Made by a program: the position numbers and the translations under genes
Shown: positions 61,570-64,000 of the stretch, piece after piece
Position numbering within the stretch: the stretch's first letter is position 1
Layout of the letters: the number at the start of each line of letters is the position of its first letter
Notes under the pieces: generated by a model
Told to the model about the DNA's origin: nothing
Seen by the model: the letters and a program-made list of their open reading frames with translations, nothing else
Database searches by the model: none
Assembly (NCBI GenBank): GCA_030696105.1
Contig: JAUYNJ010000004.1
Location: forward strand, 77,872 to 141,871
Length of the DNA: 64,000 nt
Direction of reading: 5' to 3'
Origin: a bacterium
Lineage (GTDB): Bacteria; Patescibacteriota; Patescibacteriia; Patescibacteriales; UBA12465

Positions 61570-61962
61570 TTAGGTCTTCAAGCCTGCCTTAGAGCGTCCA
61601 CTGACTGCAGTCATACGCTTGTTACCGCGAACGGTGCGACTGTTAGTCTTGGTGCGTTGGCCACGAACCGGTAAGTTGCGCATATGGCGCAGGCCGCGGT
61701 AGCAACCAATTTCTTTCAAGCGCTTGATATTGCTCGCGACTTCACGGCGCAGATCACCTTCAACTGTATGCTTTTTTTCAATTTGCTCGCGAAGACGATT
61801 TGCATCTTCCTCTTTCAAATCTTTTACTTTAGTTTCGGGTGCGATATTAAGCTCAGATAAAATCTTCTTCGCCCGGCTGTTGCCGATACCGAAGATATAG
61901 GTGATAGAGATATCTACTCTTTTATCGTTGGGAATACTTACACCCGCAATTCTTATAGCCAT
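61570..61962 (-). CDS. rpsM: 30S ribosomal protein S13
   Basis: [11 protein letters not shown]. Confidence 0.98.
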   Translation of the reverse strand: MAIRIAGVSIPNDKRVDISITYIFGIGNSRAKKILSELNIAPETKVKDLKEEDANRLREQIEKKHTVEGDLRREVASNIKRLKEIGCYRGLRHMRNLPVRGQRTKTNSRTVRGNKRMTAVSGRSKAGLKT

Positions 61963-62005
61963 AATAATAATTAGGCGGCCGTCTCGGCCGAGCCTATACT
62001 TAAAT

Positions 62006-62119
62006 TTATCCTTGTCTTTGCTTATGCTTAGGATTTTTACAGATTACATACACGCGGCCTTTGCGGCGGACAGTCTTGCAATCCTTACAGATTTTTTTGG
62101 CACTCGCTCGTACTTTCAT
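62006..62119 (-). CDS. rpmJ: 50S ribosomal protein L36 (not in the ORF track)
   Basis: Translated by hand: [37 protein letters not shown]. Confidence 0.97.
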   Translation of the reverse strand: MKVRASAKKICKDCKTVRRKGRVYVICKNPKHKQRQG

Positions 62120-62180
62120 AATGTGGTGAAAAATTTATAAAGGGTTGGGTTAAATCCAAATTTAGTGGGGGCGACGGTGA

Positions 62181-62438
62181 TTAGAGGCGGAAGACGATCC
62201 GACCTTTAGTCAGATCATAGGGGCTCATCTGCATGCGCACGCGGTCGCCAGGAAGTAAGCGGATGCGATTCATTCTCATCTTACCTGAAAGGTGAGCTAA
62301 GATTTCGTGACCGCTATCCAAACGGACGCGGAAAGTCGCTGCCGGCATCAACTCTAAGACCTCGCCTTGCATCTCCAAAAAATCCTTGGCGTTCAAAGTC
62401 TCGGCTGTTTCCTGATTGTTTTTTTTACCTTTTGACAT
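62181..62438 (-). CDS. infA: Translation initiation factor IF-1
   Basis: [23 protein letters not shown]. Confidence 0.97.
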   Translation of the reverse strand: MSKGKKNNQETAETLNAKDFLEMQGEVLELMPAATFRVRLDSGHEILAHLSGKMRMNRIRLLPGDRVRMQMSPYDLTKGRIVFRL

Positions 62439-62604
62439 TAACACAAAAAAATTTGATAAAGACTTAATTGAGCCTTATCAAAATTTTTAGAGATATTACA
62501 CACTTAATCTTTTTTACTCTCAATGGCAATAGTATATAGATAGGGGCATAAATTGTCAAGGGCGATATATTCGACCAAGATCAGGGATTGTGCCCTCGCT
62601 GATA

Positions 62605-64000
62605 TTACTCTAAAACGGCCTTAATTCGACGAACACCAGAAGAAGAAGCCTCTTCTTTCTGTATTCTAAATTTACCTAACTTTCCTATATTTTCCACATG
62701 AGGGCCACCACAAATTTCTCGTGAAAAAATCTCATCCCATTCAGACTGTTTTTTCTTGTTATCAACACCGATTGTATAGACACGTACCGACTCGCCGTAC
62801 TTGGAATCAAAGACGCCGTGCGCATTTGTCGCTTTCGCCTCATCAAGAGGAATTTCTTCATAGGCTACATCGAGACATTTCTCAATGGCTTCATTTATCA
62901 TCTTTTCAACCTGCGCGATCTCTTCTGGTGTGACTTTAGCAGAGTGAGTAAAATCGAAACGTAAACGCTCGGCCGTAATATTGCTGCCCTTTTGGGTAAT
63001 ATGGTCGCCCAAGACTTTGCGTAAAGCAGCGAGCAACATATGTGCGGCTGTGTGTAAGCGAGTTGTTTCTACGCTACTGTCGGCAAGGCCGCCCTTGAAT
63101 TTACCAGCGGAAGCCGTGCGAGATAAGTCCTGGTGTTTTTTTAGCTCCTCTGTAAAGCCAGCACGATCAATTTCTAAACCTCGCTCCTCGGCGATTTCAG
63201 CACTCAACTCCAGCGGGAAACCATAGCTTTGATAGAGGTTGAAGGCCTCAACCCCACCAATTCTTCCCTGCTCAACTTTCAGTTTATCAAATTCTTTCAA
63301 ACCATTTTCTAAAGTATTCTGAAATTTCATCGTTTCTTTTTCGATCTCTATGGTAATTAAATTCTGATTTTCTTCTAGTTCAGGATAGATATCAATATAT
63401 GTTTGGATGACGTTAGAAATCAATTTACTCATCCAAGTATGATTAAATTTAACATCAATGCCAATTTTTCCGGCCTGAACAATCGCACGACGTAACAAGC
63501 GTCGAACGACATACCCTTGCCCGACGTTTGAGGGGGTAACGCCACGCTGATCACCAATAATAAATATCCCCGCTTTGACGTGGTCAGCGATAATACGTAG
63601 GGATTGCGTGGTCTGGACATCACTCCCATATGTCTTGCCTGACAGTATTTCTAATTCTTTGATTAATGGACTGAACAGTTCCGTTTGATAATTATCGCAT
63701 TTACTTAATATGGCCAGCACCCGCTCTAAGCCTAAACCAGTGTCAACATTTTTCTGTTCTAACAAACTAAAGGAACCGTCAGCATTTTTAAAGTATTGCA
63801 TGAAAACATTATTCCAGATTTCAACCCAGAGTTCATTATCATCGTTAAAGCCAGCTGGAACAGTTTCCGGAGTGCCAGACCAATAAAAAATTTCTGTATC
63901 TGGCCCACAAGGTCCCGTCTGACCAGCCGGTCCCCACCAATTATTTTTCTTTGGCAATTTCGCAATCCTTTCGGCCGGCACGCCCATCGCTAACCAAAGG
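62605..64000 (-). CDS. alaS: Alanine--tRNA ligase, short form without C-Ala domain (5' end outside the window)
   Basis: GPCGP.TE, EIWN.VF, DTGLGLER, HTAAH..CGGPH. Confidence 0.95.
   Translation of the reverse strand, partial: LWLAMGVPAERIAKLPKKNNWWGPAGQTGPCGPDTEIFYWSGTPETVPAGFNDDNELWVEIWNNVFMQYFKNADGSFSLLEQKNVDTGLGLERVLAILSKCDNYQTELFSPLIKELEILSGKTYGSDVQTTQSLRIIADHVKAGIFIIGDQRGVTPSNVGQGYVVRRLLRRAIVQAGKIGIDVKFNHTWMSKLISNVIQTYIDIYPELEENQNLITIEIEKETMKFQNTLENGLKEFDKLKVEQGRIGGVEAFNLYQSYGFPLELSAEIAEERGLEIDRAGFTEELKKHQDLSRTASAGKFKGGLADSSVETTRLHTAAHMLLAALRKVLGDHITQKGSNITAERLRFDFTHSAKVTPEEIAQVEKMINEAIEKCLDVAYEEIPLDEAKATNAHGVFDSKYGESVRVYTIGVDNKKKQSEWDEIFSREICGGPHVENIGKLGKFRIQKEEASSSGVRRIKAVLE

Noticed and set aside
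62605..64000. AlaRS lacking the C-Ala domain as a novelty
   Set aside because: Short AlaRS forms are already familiar in CPR and other reduced genomes.

Overview
Chromosomal fragment of a Patescibacteria (CPR) bacterium, probably Parcubacteria/ABY1 (Falkowbacteria-like). This placement is inferred from the missing rpmD/L30 in the spc cluster, the short AlaRS, the RpoA lacking its CTD and AT-rich SD-less leaders; standard code 11 is used. Almost everything is on the minus strand. The right two-thirds (23.4-64 kb) is core: alaS, the infA-rpmJ-alpha-rplM-rpsI cluster, fic, prfB, comEC, rpmB, the str/S10/spc clusters, secY, map, yqgF, recO, aspS/asnS, scpAB, dnaG and rpoD. The left third is accessory: membrane genes, mscL, a 1277-aa orphan, an M23 peptidase and SAM-I riboswitch-controlled metK. 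It also holds an ~8-kb array (15.0-22.6 kb) of self-contained orphan cassettes downstream of tRNA-Asn. Best candidates for new biology: (1) the tRNA-Asn-anchored, recombinase-free cassette array, with repeated tRNA-trailer copies, att-like scars and shared promoter/boxA modules; (2) a ~280-nt highly structured standalone RNA (11.6-11.9 kb) with an exposed extended Shine-Dalgarno but no canonical start codon; (3) an orphan ORF with a ~370-nt multi-hairpin trailer; (4) several structured leaders in the ribosomal/RNAP operons. All calls come from reading the sequence; no database searches were run.
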